The notes beneath the pieces were generated by a model. It saw only the letters and a program-made list of their open reading frames with translations. It did not search any database and had not been told where the DNA came from. 59,855 nucleotides of DNA from positions 1-59,855 of the forward strand of contig SKFZ01000011.1 of the NCBI GenBank assembly GCA_007117695.1, given 5' to 3'. The stretch is from Bacilli bacterium. Lineage in GTDB: Bacteria > Bacillota_I > Bacilli_A > RF39 > UBA660. Both the position numbers and the translations under genes were made by a program. Position 1 is the first letter of the stretch, and each line of letters starts with the position of its first letter. Positions 59,375-59,855 of the stretch are shown here, piece by piece.

Positions 59375-59855
59375 AAATCCTCCTTGATTATGCAAGTCAC
59401 TTTATGTTTTTTGTTATCATCTATTAACTTTATTTTGTTATCTAAAACAAATTTAGAATCCCCTTCAATAATTACTTTTCCTTTTTCTAATTCTTTAGGG
59501 TTTTTTATTAAAATCTCATATTTTGTATTTAAGTGATTGTAAGTCACGCTATACTCTTTCATATCTTTAGAGATGTTAGGGTTTATTACTAAGTAATCAC
59601 CCTCTTTTTTTATACCTAAAATGTTTTCTAATAAAACTTTATAAGCCCAGCTAGCAGAACCTGTATACCAAGTCCAACCACCTCGTCCTTCATGGCCTTT
59701 GTTAGAATATACATCAGCGGCAATAACATAAGGCTCTGTTTTATATTTTTCAACTAAGACATCTTCACTAGATTTATTAATAGGATTAATTAACCTAAAT
59801 AAATTAAATGCATTTAAGCTTTCATCAGTTTTAGTTAATGCCTGAATATACCAAA
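59371..59855 (-). CDS. 3' end of GH94 glycoside phosphorylase (NdvB/Cgs-type C-terminal domain), partial
   Basis: Frame open to the window edge: INPINK...YKTEPYVIAADVYSNKGHEGRGGWTWYTGSASW...LGI. Confidence 0.9.
   Translation of the reverse strand, partial: WYIQALTKTDESLNAFNLFRLINPINKSSEDVLVEKYKTEPYVIAADVYSNKGHEGRGGWTWYTGSASWAYKVLLENILGIKKEGDYLVINPNISKDMKEYSVTYNHLNTKYEILIKNPKELEKGKVIIEGDSKFVLDNKIKLIDDNKKHKVTCIIKEDL

Noticed and set aside
1980-59536. Many short plus-strand ORFs in the track (e.g. 1980-2177, 8869-9180, 13318-13707, 50237-50602, 57729-58091)
   Set aside because: They are antisense shadows of well-identified minus-strand genes, with Ser/Leu/Phe-rich composition and no RBS or motifs
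1-59855. Genetic code 4 (Mycoplasma-type) given the low GC
   Set aside because: TGA ends genes at expected positions (e.g. trmD, GH94) and conserved Trp residues use TGG
1-59855. tRNA, rRNA, tmRNA, CRISPR, prophage or IS elements
   Set aside because: Intergenic gaps are short and explained by promoters, terminators and leaders; no such signatures seen

Overview
Low-GC Bacillota core-genome window using genetic code 11 (TGA is a stop, TGG is Trp). Gene content and order suggest a small-genome uncultured Bacilli lineage such as RF39 (inference). Every gene is on the minus strand except murT-gatD. Housekeeping content: fusA(5' part)-rpsG-rpsL, rpoBC, rplKAJL, secE-nusG, gatCAB, trmB, PFOR, sigH-rlmB-mrnC-rbgA, lepB-rplS-trmD-rimM, glyQS, recO-era-cdd-dgkA-ybeY, murT-gatD, pheST, an ABC exporter, pgi and the 3' end of a GH94 gene. 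Regulatory RNAs: L10, two L1 and a probable L19 leader, and two T-boxes. No tRNA, rRNA, CRISPR array, integrase or transposase was seen. Standouts: (1) eight type IV pilin-like genes scattered among housekeeping operons, three carrying large cargo domains (FGE-type C-type-lectin fold, LamG with an inserted domain, about 10 Ig-like repeats), with no pilus machinery in the window; (2) an unusual RNA polymerase with an alpha-CTD-like domain on the beta C-terminus and Asn replacing the trigger-loop His of beta'; (3) L11 with a ~63-aa acidic tail; (4) GatD lacking its catalytic Cys and His; (5) an identical 28-bp perfect palindrome at two loci; (6) an NrtR-type operator controlling nrtR plus a pilin-like gene. 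All family calls come from motif recognition by eye; no searches were run.
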